Below the pieces are notes generated by a model. That model worked only from the letters and a program-made list of their open reading frames with translations, was not told the DNA's origin and did no database searches. 64,000 nucleotides of DNA from an uncultured Candidatus Saccharibacteria bacterium (GTDB taxonomy: Bacteria > Patescibacteriota > Saccharimonadia > Saccharimonadales > EFPC-124). The position numbers and the translations under genes were made by a program. Below, in pieces: positions 35,677-45,272 of this stretch. Position 1 is the first letter of the stretch. The number at the start of each line of letters is the position of its first letter. The stretch covers positions 65,383-129,382 of the forward strand of contig CAZJVU010000003.1 in the NCBI GenBank assembly GCA_964550035.1. The letters run 5' to 3'.

Positions 35677-36696
35677 ATGAAGCACCCGACGGTTTTGTTC
35701 TTGGACAACACGAGCGCTGACAACTTGGCGCTGGCGCTGGCGGCGACCCGGCCTTCGTCCTTGTTGGACGTGAAGGCTATTTTCGTCACGGGGCGTGCAG
35801 CGCACACCGACCCCAGTGCCTCGATCGAAGACCGAGAAGAAAACTTTTCCAACTACATCCACTTCCTCAACGCCGCGCGCATGCTGGAGTTCCTCCAGAG
35901 TGCCGGTCGCCCGGACATCCCCATCATCATGGGGCGGCGCGTGCAGCGAACCGGAATTCGTACCGTCATCCCCCACCACATCCACGCAGACGAGAAGATC
36001 TACGACCTGTGGGACTCCTGGGGCAAAGCCAGAATTCACGAGTTCGCTGACGGCGTCCAGTACCTTCGTCACCTCAAGGCGAAGAAGCTCCTCGCGCTCG
36101 TCGGCGGACCGCTCACCGAAGTGGCGTGGATCCTGCAGCACGCGCCCGACGTCGCAGCCAAGTTCGGCACGATGCTCATCCAGGGAGGCGACTTCGCCAC
36201 CGACGAGTCTAGCAACCTCATCGGCGGCAAGGGCAACTCGTTCAACATCGCGTGTGACCCGAAGGCGGCGAACGTCGCGCTGAAAATGCATCGTGGGAAA
36301 GCCATCTTCCTCCCGTCAAACATGACCAAGCAGCGCGAACTCGGCTTCGCCACGCCCGACGAGATCGCGGCGCTGGGGGTGTACCGCCGGCTCGTCGACG
36401 TCTACCGGGTGCACTACGAGCACTCCGCCAAGCGGCGGGGAACCTCGTTGTTCATCCACGACCTGGGGTTGGTCATGCTCGCCGAGCAGCTCATTCGACG
36501 CAAGCGAGGCTTCCCCTACCAGCTGGAGCCGATCATGGTCCTGGAGGTACCCTTCCAGGCGCCAAAACCCGGTCAGCCCGAACGTCGCGGCACGGTCGTG
36601 GTCAAGCCGGTGCGGGTCAGCACGAACCGTTTCAGGGTGGTGTGGCAAGACACAAGGGACTACCGCACCCGCGTGGCTGCGTATCTCCGAAGTTGA
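35677..36696 (+). CDS. Inosine-uridine nucleoside hydrolase-like protein with degenerate N-terminal Asp motif
   Basis: VLFLDNTSADNLALALA (versus DxDxxxDD), GGPLTEVAWILQHAPDV...MLIQGG, NFNIACDPKAANV, IHDLGLVM; SD GGGAAGGTGA before ATG 35677. Confidence 0.6.
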   Translation: MKHPTVLFLDNTSADNLALALAATRPSSLLDVKAIFVTGRAAHTDPSASIEDREENFSNYIHFLNAARMLEFLQSAGRPDIPIIMGRRVQRTGIRTVIPHHIHADEKIYDLWDSWGKARIHEFADGVQYLRHLKAKKLLALVGGPLTEVAWILQHAPDVAAKFGTMLIQGGDFATDESSNLIGGKGNSFNIACDPKAANVALKMHRGKAIFLPSNMTKQRELGFATPDEIAALGVYRRLVDVYRVHYEHSAKRRGTSLFIHDLGLVMLAEQLIRRKRGFPYQLEPIMVLEVPFQAPKPGQPERRGTVVVKPVRVSTNRFRVVWQDTRDYRTRVAAYLRS

Positions 36697-36700
36697 GGAA

Positions 36701-36742
36701 AGGCCCTCCCGTGGTTGCCATCGTGGCGACCCGGGAGGGCCT
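36701..36742 (+). terminator. GC-rich hairpin
   Basis: aggccctcccg / cgggagggcct, 11-bp stem followed by TTTTCCTTT. Confidence 0.65.
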
Positions 36743-36778
36743 TTTCCTTTCCTACAGAGGGTAGTGTGGGTAGTAGCG

Positions 36779-38197
36779 CTACTCGGCCATCATAGGTTCT
36801 GCTGCTGCCTTGCGCGGCATCAGGAACACGAACGGAAGGCTGACTACCGTGAGAGCCAGGACGACGATGAGAGCGATCTCCATCGCGCTGACAAATCCAG
36901 CGGTTGCGGCCTGGAAAAATACCGAGGCAACTGCAGCCGAACCAATTGCTGACGAAAGCTGCTGAATCGAGCTGAACGAACCGCTCGCGCTCCCCGCCTC
37001 GTCCGGCTTGGCGTCGCCCAGCGCGATGGTTGGAATCGCCGCAAACGAAAACCCAATACCGATACCGATGATAAAGAACACCGGCACCAGCGCCCAAAGG
37101 TTGAGGTGCATTCCAAAGGAAGCAACGAGCGCCAGCAGCCCAACACAGCCAATGATATTTATCCCGAGGCCGATGAACACGAGCTTGCGCCCGAGCTTGG
37201 TCACGAGACCACCCATCGCAGCAAACCCGGCAGCAACGAGGCCCAAAGTGAGCGGCATCATGCTCAGCGAGGTATCCCTTGCGTTAACATGCAGCCCTAC
37301 TTGCAGGAACAGCGACAGCACAAAGAGCAACCCCGCCCCCGCAGCAACCGCCACAAGACACACGACCAGACCAGAGGTAAACCCGCGGTTATGGAAGAGT
37401 GACGGCTTGATGAGTGGATGATCCGCAGTTCGTTGACGATACGCAAAGGCGATGAACGCCAGAAGCCCGATGATGATCGAAACGATCGGCACGGCGCTCC
37501 AGCCATTGGTCGAACCTTCGATCAAGCCATACAGCAGCCCGAACATCGTGACACCAAGGATGCCCGACGCCCAGCCATCGATAACGATGGAGCGATCGCC
37601 CTTATCATCGCGCGGCAAAAGCTTCACTGCCATGATTATTCCCACGACACCAAGCACGAGGTTGATGAGGAAGATCGGGCGCCATGTCAGCCCAAACCAA
37701 TTGGCGCTAATGATGAACCCGGCAATGACCGGGCCAAGCACGCTCGAGATACCGAGCATTGGGCCAAACAACCCGAACGCCTTACCGAGCATTTCCTTAT
37801 CGAATGCTTTTGTCATGATCGCCATACCTTGTGGAATGAGCAAGGCACCGAATGCACCCTGCGCAATGCGCGCCGCGATAAGCACCGCCGGGTCAGGCGA
37901 AAATCCTGCGACCGCTGAGGCGAGCGTGAAGCCGCCCATGCCCAGCAGGAACAGCTTGCGCTGACCAAATTTATCGCCGAGCCGTCCGCCGATAACCAGC
38001 AGAACACCCATAGCGAGCATGTATGCTGGGCCCAACCACTTGATCAAGCTCACGCCGCCGCCCAGGTCATGCGCAATAGTCGGCGCGGCGATGTTGGTAA
38101 TGGTGCTGTCGATGACATCCAGTGCGTCGGCCAGAATAACCAGCCCAAGGATCGCCCACAGCCGGGGCTTTGAAAGTTTGTTGATTACCTTTTCCAT
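36779..38197 (-). CDS. MFS transporter, DHA2 (EmrB/QacA-like, 14 TMS)
   Basis: 472 aa; motif A GGRLGDKFGQRK; about 14 hydrophobic spans. Confidence 0.88.
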   Translation of the reverse strand: MEKVINKLSKPRLWAILGLVILADALDVIDSTITNIAAPTIAHDLGGGVSLIKWLGPAYMLAMGVLLVIGGRLGDKFGQRKLFLLGMGGFTLASAVAGFSPDPAVLIAARIAQGAFGALLIPQGMAIMTKAFDKEMLGKAFGLFGPMLGISSVLGPVIAGFIISANWFGLTWRPIFLINLVLGVVGIIMAVKLLPRDDKGDRSIVIDGWASGILGVTMFGLLYGLIEGSTNGWSAVPIVSIIIGLLAFIAFAYRQRTADHPLIKPSLFHNRGFTSGLVVCLVAVAAGAGLLFVLSLFLQVGLHVNARDTSLSMMPLTLGLVAAGFAAMGGLVTKLGRKLVFIGLGINIIGCVGLLALVASFGMHLNLWALVPVFFIIGIGIGFSFAAIPTIALGDAKPDEAGSASGSFSSIQQLSSAIGSAAVASVFFQAATAGFVSAMEIALIVVLALTVVSLPFVFLMPRKAAAEPMMAE

Positions 38198-38207
38198 TGT
38201 TATTCCT

Positions 38208-38810
38208 TTACTTCATCGAGCCTGTTTTGAACTCACCGGCTCTTTTATAGTTGGCGATGATGATGCCGTTATTGAGGGCGCCGCTCTCTATCAGCTCGAA
38301 CGACGCCGGGATTGTTCCCTCTGCAAAGAGTCGCTCGCCACTGCCGACCGTCACGGGGAAAATTCGGAGGCGAAGCTCGTCGACGAGATCATTCTTCAGC
38401 AGTGTCTGGATAAGTTTGCCGCTTCCCCATACCTGGAGCATTGGGCCGTCTTCTTCCTTCAGTGCCTTGATCTTGGCAACAACATCGCCGTCGATACGCA
38501 CCGACTTTTCCCAAGTCAAGTCGATTGGCTTGTTCGAGACAACGTACTTCACGGCTTTATTGAACGCATCGGCGATAGCACCCGACTGCTTTGGCCAATA
38601 CGGCGCAAATATACCGTACGTCTTGGTGCCGAGAAGCAAGTCGAACGATTCGCTCATTTCTTTGTCGATGATCTCGCCAAGCGCCCCATCGACAAATGGA
38701 ACAGCCCAACCACCGTGCTTGAATCCGAGCGAGGTATCTTCCTCTGGCTCGCTCGGCGACTGCATAACGCCGTCGAGGGTGATCATCATGAGTACTGTTA
38801 TTTTTCTCAT
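38208..38810 (-). CDS. Dihydrofolate reductase-family protein (RibD C-terminal domain), paralog 3
   Basis: MRKITVLMMITLDGVMQSPSEP...; co-linear with 34897-35499 over the full 200 aa. Confidence 0.82.
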   Translation of the reverse strand: MRKITVLMMITLDGVMQSPSEPEEDTSLGFKHGGWAVPFVDGALGEIIDKEMSESFDLLLGTKTYGIFAPYWPKQSGAIADAFNKAVKYVVSNKPIDLTWEKSVRIDGDVVAKIKALKEEDGPMLQVWGSGKLIQTLLKNDLVDELRLRIFPVTVGSGERLFAEGTIPASFELIESGALNNGIIIANYKRAGEFKTGSMK

Positions 38811-38870
38811 TTACTATCCTTTACTTATGTACTTTATAGTGACTACTCTACCCGGTAGCACACAGTAAAT

Positions 38871-38889
38871 ATTGGATATTTTGGACAAT
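38871..38889. promoter_or_regulatory. Conserved 19-nt motif ATTGGATATTTTGGACAAT (copy 2)
   Basis: Identical to 35558-35576; lies 1 nt beyond the AraC gene stop codon. Confidence 0.55.
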
Positions 38890-38890
38890 C

Positions 38891-39565
38891 TTACGGTTTT
38901 TGCGGTACATCAAGGAGTTCCTTGGGAGTACGTCCAAAGAACTGCTTGGTTGCTCGGTTCAAATGAGCTTGGTCCACAAAACCAAGCTCAGCAGCAACAG
39001 TCGTTGCCGACCTACCCTGTTTGAGCAAGCTAAGCGCTTCATACACGCGTCGCAGCTGGTGAAGCTTGTGTGGCGATAAGCCGGTCGATCGCTTAATGAG
39101 TCGAGAATAACTTCGGGACGACAGTCCTTGTCGTGGCTGCTGCTCTGTATTGAGCGCTTTGCCAGTTATGAGTCCGAGGCTATGCATGTGCTCAATGAGC
39201 TGCTCGGCTTTTTTGAACTCCGGGAACTGCAACTGCACGCCCTCAAAAGTAAATTGCCCGCGCGCATCGGCAGGCAACGATAAGAAATGATTCGTAAACT
39301 GTGCAGTCGAAAAGTTTTTTACTTGCACGCCAGGCTGAAGCCTGATGGCCGTCACTGTCGTGCCAGGCAACAGGAGCTCATCACGCGGCCTGGTCTCTGG
39401 CCCCCTCAGAAAAACGCGTGAGTCTGTGGCACTTTGCGTCAGGATGATCGAAATGCAAGGATCAGCCAAGGCCGTGCGCGACATCACTTCTGTTGCGTTG
39501 CACGTCCAAATAGAAGCTATATACTCTAGCTCCGAAATACGCTCTTTCCAGGTGAGCTCGGTCAT
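38891..39565 (-). CDS. AraC-family transcriptional regulator
   Basis: C-terminal LGFVDQAHLNRATKQFFGRTPKEL; same strand as the DHFR-like and MFS genes. Confidence 0.85.
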   Translation of the reverse strand: MTELTWKERISELEYIASIWTCNATEVMSRTALADPCISIILTQSATDSRVFLRGPETRPRDELLLPGTTVTAIRLQPGVQVKNFSTAQFTNHFLSLPADARGQFTFEGVQLQFPEFKKAEQLIEHMHSLGLITGKALNTEQQPRQGLSSRSYSRLIKRSTGLSPHKLHQLRRVYEALSLLKQGRSATTVAAELGFVDQAHLNRATKQFFGRTPKELLDVPQKP

Positions 39566-39583
39566 ATAGAGAGTATATCGTTT

Positions 39584-39892
39584 TTAGGATGTTTCGTCAG
39601 GTCGCGCAGCGGTGGCGAGCGCTTCCCGTTTGTGCCGCATATGCGATTCCAGCAAGCCCAAGAAGCCAGCTGTGGTTGCCAAGAAGTTGCTGAGGCCGTC
39701 ATCGACGAAAAGACTTACATAGATGCTCGAGATCAACAGCACAAACGAAACAGCCAGCAAACTTATACTCAGTACCGGAAACTTCGGCTGCGAAGAATGC
39801 ATAGCGCGTTTGTATGACTGAACCATCGCTCGAGCTAAAAGAGCCAGTAGCACAAAGACAAGAGCGATGATAAGTAGTGTCATAATACTCAT
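39584..39892 (-). CDS. Small membrane protein
   Basis: 102 aa, 3 TM helices. Confidence 0.5.
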   Translation of the reverse strand: MSIMTLLIIALVFVLLALLARAMVQSYKRAMHSSQPKFPVLSISLLAVSFVLLISSIYVSLFVDDGLSNFLATTAGFLGLLESHMRHKREALATAARPDETS

Positions 39893-39967
39893 TATTATAA
39901 GTATATCAGAAAACGTACGAAGTCATGGTATAGTATAGCCTGGCAAAACCGACGAAGGAGATCTGAT

Positions 39968-40384
39968 ATGGAATCTGGCATCATCGTGGTCGTGGTCCTC
40001 ATGGGAGTGGCGGCGCTCGTCATGGGCATCCTGCACATTCGCGCGGGCATACCGACCAAATCCCAGCTGGAAAACGCCGAATACAGCATCGCACTGAAGC
40101 GCGGACACAAGAAGCGCCGCGGCCAGCTCCAGCGACTCTCGGCAACGTTCCTCGCGGCCTTCGCACTGCTGACCTTCGTCTCGGCGCTCTGGACTGTGCC
40201 CGCCCTCGTCCGCGAGATGCGCGACGCTCAGTACGACTTCTCCACGGGAACAACCCCCATCTCTGGGGTGCTGATCGCCGAGGCGGCGCTGACCGTCGTC
40301 GGGGCCATCGTGACCTTCGTGCTCTGGGTTCGGGCGTACCGCCGCCTCCAGGTGGTCAAGGCCATGCCCGACCTCGACAAATAG
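39968..40384 (+). CDS. Membrane protein (GC-rich orphan)
   Basis: 138 aa, 3 TM helices; followed by a 16-bp perfect hairpin. Confidence 0.55.
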   Translation: MESGIIVVVVLMGVAALVMGILHIRAGIPTKSQLENAEYSIALKRGHKKRRGQLQRLSATFLAAFALLTFVSALWTVPALVREMRDAQYDFSTGTTPISGVLIAEAALTVVGAIVTFVLWVRAYRRLQVVKAMPDLDK

Positions 40385-40390
40385 CACGGC

Positions 40391-40427
40391 CACGAGCGTG
40401 GGCGGGACTCACCCGCCCACGCTCGTG
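40391..40427 (+). terminator. GC-rich hairpin
   Basis: cacgagcgtgggcggg / cccgcccacgctcgtg, 16-bp perfect stem. Confidence 0.7.
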
Positions 40428-40519
40428 CATATGTACATCATCTGGCGCAGCGGGGAATCCGATCGCCAAGAGTAATGCAATCATCTATACTATGTTCTAC
40501 TAACAGTAAGGAGAAAATC

Positions 40520-40909
40520 ATGAGCAAAGCCATCTTTGTTAACCTGGCCGTCAACGACATCACCGCTTCACGCGCGTTCTACCAATCAATGGGCTTTTCA
40601 GTAAACGAAGCGTATAGCAACGAAGATGCTAGCTTCATTGTGATCGACGATAACATCAACATCATCCTCCTGACCCGCGACCTCTTCGCAAAGAGTTCAC
40701 TGCGCGATGTCGCCGATACAAGTAGCAGCCGCGAAGTAACCATCGCCATCCAACTTGACGATCGCGACGCAGTCAACAAAGCCGTTGACGCCGCTATCGC
40801 CGCGGGTGGTACCGAAGAGGGTGATGTTATGGATGACGAGATCATCTACTCCCGTGGTGTTGCAGACCTCGATGGCCACCGCCTCGATATCAACTGCCTC
40901 AAGAAATAA
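40520..40909 (+). CDS. VOC/glyoxalase-family protein
   Basis: ATG 40520 after AAGGAGAAAA; MSKAIFVNLAVNDITASRAFYQSMGF; rho-independent terminator at ~40932-40965. Confidence 0.75.
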   Translation: MSKAIFVNLAVNDITASRAFYQSMGFSVNEAYSNEDASFIVIDDNINIILLTRDLFAKSSLRDVADTSSSREVTIAIQLDDRDAVNKAVDAAIAAGGTEEGDVMDDEIIYSRGVADLDGHRLDINCLKK

Positions 40910-41070
40910 TTTTACTTCTTGTGCGCCGCAAACGGGCCTCTCTATCAGGAGGTCCGTTTTTTAATTTCAGACTTTACCAGTGTACGCAGCGAAATATTTG
41001 ACATCCCCCATGCATGTGACCATACTGAGAATACGCTTAACAGGTAGGAAACTACGGGAGGATACGGTAC

Positions 41071-43674
41071 ATGCGAAGCTTATTTATTAACGTATCAAAG
41101 CGGGTCGGCCTTATTGCATTAGTGGCGTCACTGGTTGTTAACAGTGGCGCCACTTTTGTTTTTGCCGCTCCGTCGCCAGCGAATTTGGTCGCGCACTGGA
41201 GCTACGACCAATCGTCCGGCACAACGCTTACAGACGATAGCGGCAATGGCCACACCGGCACATTCAGCAGCACGCCAACGTGGACGGCAGGCAAACTGAA
41301 TAACTCGCTCAAGTTCGACGGCACCGACAATGTCGCCCTTGGCAATATCACCCAGATCAACAACGTCAGTAAAGTAACGCTCGCCACATGGATAAAGCGC
41401 ACAACGACAGGCGCAGATATTTTTATCGGCAAGCAAGCCTCCAACCAAGATCTCGGCATCGAAGCCTACAGTGATGGCAAAGTATACTTCGACATGAGTA
41501 AAGGCTCGAGCGCATCGGGCAGCGTGACCCTCAACGACACTGCTTGGCACCATGTTGCGATGGTGTTTGACGGCACACAGACTGGCAACGCCAACCGCCT
41601 AAAGGCCTACGTCGATGGCACCCAGAAGACACTCACATTCAGTGGCACTATTCCTACAACAACATCGAGCAACACGACGGCATTCAACGTGGGCAAGATG
41701 AGCGGCGAATACTCCAACGGCCAAGTGGACGACACGTGGCTGTACGCACGCACACTGAGCACCAGCGAAATCCAAGATCTAGCCCAAGTATCGGCACCAG
41801 CACCCGACACAACTGCGCCGTCTGTACCGAGTGGCCTCAGCGCGACGGCTGTTTCGCAAAGCCAAATCAACCTGGCTTGGACGGCAGCGACAGACAATGT
41901 CGGCGTGGCTGGCTACCGTGTCTACCGAAACGGCGCTACCATCGCTACCACAAGTAGCACCTCCTACCAGAATACTGGCTTGACCGCGAGCACGGCATAC
42001 ACCTACACAGTCCGCGCCTACGATGCTGCCGGCAACGAGAGCGCCGACAGTACAGCCGCCTCGGCCACGACACTCGACCCACCAGCGCCCGACACGATTA
42101 CCCCAACAGTGAGTCTTTCCGCTCCGACCGATGGCGCAACCGTGAGCGGTACGGCTACCATTGCCGCTTCCGCCAGCGATAATGTCGGTGTGGCTGGCGT
42201 CAAATTTTACGCCAATGGCACGCAGGTTGGCGGCGAATCAACGACCGCGCCGTACAGCACCTCCTGGAACACCGCCGGTGTCGCAAATGGTTCAGTTCAA
42301 CTGACCGCTGTTGCACGCGACGCAGCCGGCAACACCACAACGAGCGATCCAGTGACCGTAACGGTCAACAATGTTGCGCAGACGCACAAATACGTCAGCG
42401 CAATCTCTTCGAACGGCCGCTTCTTTATGGATCAGACTGGCCTCCCGATCTTGATCAAAGGCGACTCGCCATGGGCAATGTTCAGCGACGTATCGCCAAC
42501 CCAAATCGAAACCTGGGCCGCAAACCGCGAAAACCATGGTTTCAACGCCGCCATCGTTTCACTCGTGGGTAGCACAACAAATGGTGGTCCATCCAACTCC
42601 GGCGCAACATACGACGGCGTTCTTCCGTTCGTCGGCGGCAACATCACCAGCTGGAACGAAACCTACTGGTCGCGCATGGACAGCTACCTCACGACGCTCA
42701 AGAACCACGGCATCACCGCCTTCCTCTACCCAATGGACGGCTGGAACACGCTCTCGGGCGCTGCATTCTCCGGCAAATCAGCCGCCGACTGCTACACCTA
42801 CGGACGAATGGTTGCGACGCGCTACGCAAGCTACCCGAACATCGTCTGGATGGCTGGCGGTGACTACAACGGCTATAGCGGTACCGTCAACACACAGTTC
42901 CAGAACATGCTCTCGGGCATTCGCTCTACCGGTGACACACGAGTGTTCTCGACACAGCTCAACAATGAAACGCTCACAACTGACGTATCGACATTTGAGT
43001 CACTCGCAAACTGGAACTTTGCTTACACCTACACACCTACTTACCAGAAAGTCCTCCGTGGTTATGATCGCACACCAAGCACGCGTGACCCACGCCCTGT
43101 TGTGTTCGGTGAAGGCAACTACGAAGGCGAAGACAATTACGGTGGCCCAGCCACGACCAATGAAACGCTCCGCCGCCAGCAGCTCTGGTCACTCACAAGC
43201 GGTGCCGCCGGTGAGTTCACCGGTTCGCAAGACTGGCAATTCAACGCTGGCTGGGAATCTCGCCTCGACACCGCCTGGATCACGCAGGCACAAAAGATGC
43301 GCGACTTCTTCAGCGACCTCAACTGGAGTCAGCTGGTACCAGATGAAACCACACCACTTGTTACTGCCGGCCGTGGCACCAAGCTCACATCTGACACCAG
43401 CCTCGACGTCCTCCAAAACGACTACGTTACGGCCGCTCAGACACCAGACAAATCCCAGGCAGTTGTCTACGTCCCGACCAGCGGAAGCGGTGCCGGAACT
43501 GCGCGAACCATCACGCTCAACCTTGCCCAACTGCCAGCTGGCTACACCGCGACGTGGGTAGACCCGACCGACGCGTCGTCAACGCAGTCTGCGACTGTCG
43601 ATGCCTCTGGCAATGTCACAACCCCAGGCACACACAGTGATGGCACACGAGACTGGTTACTGGTTATCCGGTAG
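41071..43674 (+). CDS. Secreted multidomain glycoside hydrolase-like protein (LamG + FN3 + Ig-like + DUF4038/GH140-like + collagen-binding-like C-terminus)
   Basis: Signal peptide. LamG-type LVAHWSYDQSSGTTLTDDSGNGH. FN3 (LSATAVSQSQINLAWTAATDNVGVAGYRVYRNG). DUF4038-type FFMDQTGLPILIKGDSPWAMF. Confidence 0.8.
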   Translation: MRSLFINVSKRVGLIALVASLVVNSGATFVFAAPSPANLVAHWSYDQSSGTTLTDDSGNGHTGTFSSTPTWTAGKLNNSLKFDGTDNVALGNITQINNVSKVTLATWIKRTTTGADIFIGKQASNQDLGIEAYSDGKVYFDMSKGSSASGSVTLNDTAWHHVAMVFDGTQTGNANRLKAYVDGTQKTLTFSGTIPTTTSSNTTAFNVGKMSGEYSNGQVDDTWLYARTLSTSEIQDLAQVSAPAPDTTAPSVPSGLSATAVSQSQINLAWTAATDNVGVAGYRVYRNGATIATTSSTSYQNTGLTASTAYTYTVRAYDAAGNESADSTAASATTLDPPAPDTITPTVSLSAPTDGATVSGTATIAASASDNVGVAGVKFYANGTQVGGESTTAPYSTSWNTAGVANGSVQLTAVARDAAGNTTTSDPVTVTVNNVAQTHKYVSAISSNGRFFMDQTGLPILIKGDSPWAMFSDVSPTQIETWAANRENHGFNAAIVSLVGSTTNGGPSNSGATYDGVLPFVGGNITSWNETYWSRMDSYLTTLKNHGITAFLYPMDGWNTLSGAAFSGKSAADCYTYGRMVATRYASYPNIVWMAGGDYNGYSGTVNTQFQNMLSGIRSTGDTRVFSTQLNNETLTTDVSTFESLANWNFAYTYTPTYQKVLRGYDRTPSTRDPRPVVFGEGNYEGEDNYGGPATTNETLRRQQLWSLTSGAAGEFTGSQDWQFNAGWESRLDTAWITQAQKMRDFFSDLNWSQLVPDETTPLVTAGRGTKLTSDTSLDVLQNDYVTAAQTPDKSQAVVYVPTSGSGAGTARTITLNLAQLPAGYTATWVDPTDASSTQSATVDASGNVTTPGTHSDGTRDWLLVIR

Positions 43675-43724
43675 CCAGCCGCATTCGGCTGTACTATAGC
43701 TAAAAAAGCTATAAAGTATAGGCT

Positions 43725-44735
43725 ATGAAAGAAAATCCGAAAAAACCCATCGTCAGAAACCGCAAAGCTGCCTGGACTCTCGCCCTCCTGACCCCGCTCA
43801 TTGCTGAACTCGCCTTTGGAAGCACGCCTATACGATTTGCGTACCTTATACTTCTCTGGTTGCCAATTTACGGCGCGGGCGTTTTGCTCATCCGTGAGTT
43901 GGTAGCCAGGACCGGTCGTGGTTGGCCAAGTATTTTGCTACTCGGCGTGGCGTATGAAATCGTCGAAGATGGCCTAGGCCTGCAGGCGCTCACCAGTCCA
44001 CATCTGTATCATGCAGCTGATTGGGCGCCGCAGATCCTGGGGTTCAATGTCGCGTACTGGGTGCTAAACATCATTTACCACGTTGTCTTCAGCGTTGCCA
44101 TTCCGATATTTATAACGAACTTGCTCTTTCCCGCCTTTAAGGACAAACCTTACCTCAAGAAAGGCGGTATCGTGTGGGTAACGCTCTTTACCATTATCGG
44201 CGTTCTGATGATGCGAGGAACCGTTCCGCCGAGCCAAGACCCGGGGTATAACGAGCCGCTCTCTATTATCATCGGCTGCGTTGTAGCCGCTATCGCCATC
44301 GGGTTTGTAGCGCTCCGCTTTTTACCGCGCAAACAAGCCACGCGGCCAACGGATACTCCGGTCCCTTCAGCCAAACTACTTGTAGCACTTGGGGCGGTCA
44401 GCACCGTCGTTACGTTCGGGCTTATGTATCCATTCGGGGGCGCCGTGCAACCACTCTTCACGCATGGTGCGTGGGCGTACGTGCCAGTGGCGATTGGCAC
44501 TGCGCTGGCCATCTGGGCCTACCGAGTTATCACGGCGTGGAGTCGTTCATCGCAGTGGAATAATCGCACAGCCCTCGCATTAGCCAGTGGCGCGCTCGTT
44601 GGGCACACGCTGTTTGGCCTGCTCGGTGCGAAACTTCAGCTTGTTGATCGTATCGGGCTGGCTGTGATACTGGCCATTATGTCGTGGCTGCTTTACCGAC
44701 TGTACCGAAAGCAGATGCCAACAACCGCCTCATGA
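43725..44735 (+). CDS. Polytopic membrane protein
   Basis: 336 aa, about 9 TM helices. Confidence 0.65.
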   Translation: MKENPKKPIVRNRKAAWTLALLTPLIAELAFGSTPIRFAYLILLWLPIYGAGVLLIRELVARTGRGWPSILLLGVAYEIVEDGLGLQALTSPHLYHAADWAPQILGFNVAYWVLNIIYHVVFSVAIPIFITNLLFPAFKDKPYLKKGGIVWVTLFTIIGVLMMRGTVPPSQDPGYNEPLSIIIGCVVAAIAIGFVALRFLPRKQATRPTDTPVPSAKLLVALGAVSTVVTFGLMYPFGGAVQPLFTHGAWAYVPVAIGTALAIWAYRVITAWSRSSQWNNRTALALASGALVGHTLFGLLGAKLQLVDRIGLAVILAIMSWLLYRLYRKQMPTTAS

Positions 44736-45178
44736 ACCGCTACCGCAAACGCGACGCGCCACCTATCAATGCACTCCCCGAGCATGATCTATTGCGCATG
44801 GCGAGCACGCACATAACCCAACTCGTCGTCGGATTCCTGGGGTTGAGTGTAGCGTTTTTCGTACTCACGGCTGTTGCCGACAACCTCTACCCAGGCACGG
44901 TTACTATCTACGTCTGGGGGCGGGTTATTACCGAACTCGTGCTTGGGGTGGCGTACTTCTTGTTCGCGTACCTGTTTCGACGTGGTAAATTTTGGGGATA
45001 CTTAAGGATGCTGATGACTTCAGCGCTGGCACTTTTGAGTACGTTGTCTGTCGTCTTTTTAGTGGGCGATTACCCCATATGGCTTCGTCTCGAGCAGGCG
45101 CTGCAAGCGATCGTGGTTCTGTATCTTATGTATCTTCTGACGCGGCCGGCGATGCGTACGCACTTTCGGAAGAAGTAA
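44732..45178 (+). CDS. Membrane protein
   Basis: ATGA overlap with the upstream gene; 148 aa, 4 TM helices. Confidence 0.6.
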   Translation: MNRYRKRDAPPINALPEHDLLRMASTHITQLVVGFLGLSVAFFVLTAVADNLYPGTVTIYVWGRVITELVLGVAYFLFAYLFRRGKFWGYLRMLMTSALALLSTLSVVFLVGDYPIWLRLEQALQAIVVLYLMYLLTRPAMRTHFRKK

Positions 45179-45203
45179 CTGGGGTAACCTTTATATAGAT
45201 ACC

Positions 45204-45232
45204 TTGACTTAAAACGTCGCTTATGCTATAGT
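45204..45232 (+). promoter_or_regulatory. Sigma70-type promoter for 45273-45896
   Basis: TTGACT-17 nt-TATAGT followed by ATATAT. Confidence 0.6.
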
Positions 45233-45272
45233 ATATATCGACGTAGAGTCCGATCGAGTTCCTGGAGGAACC

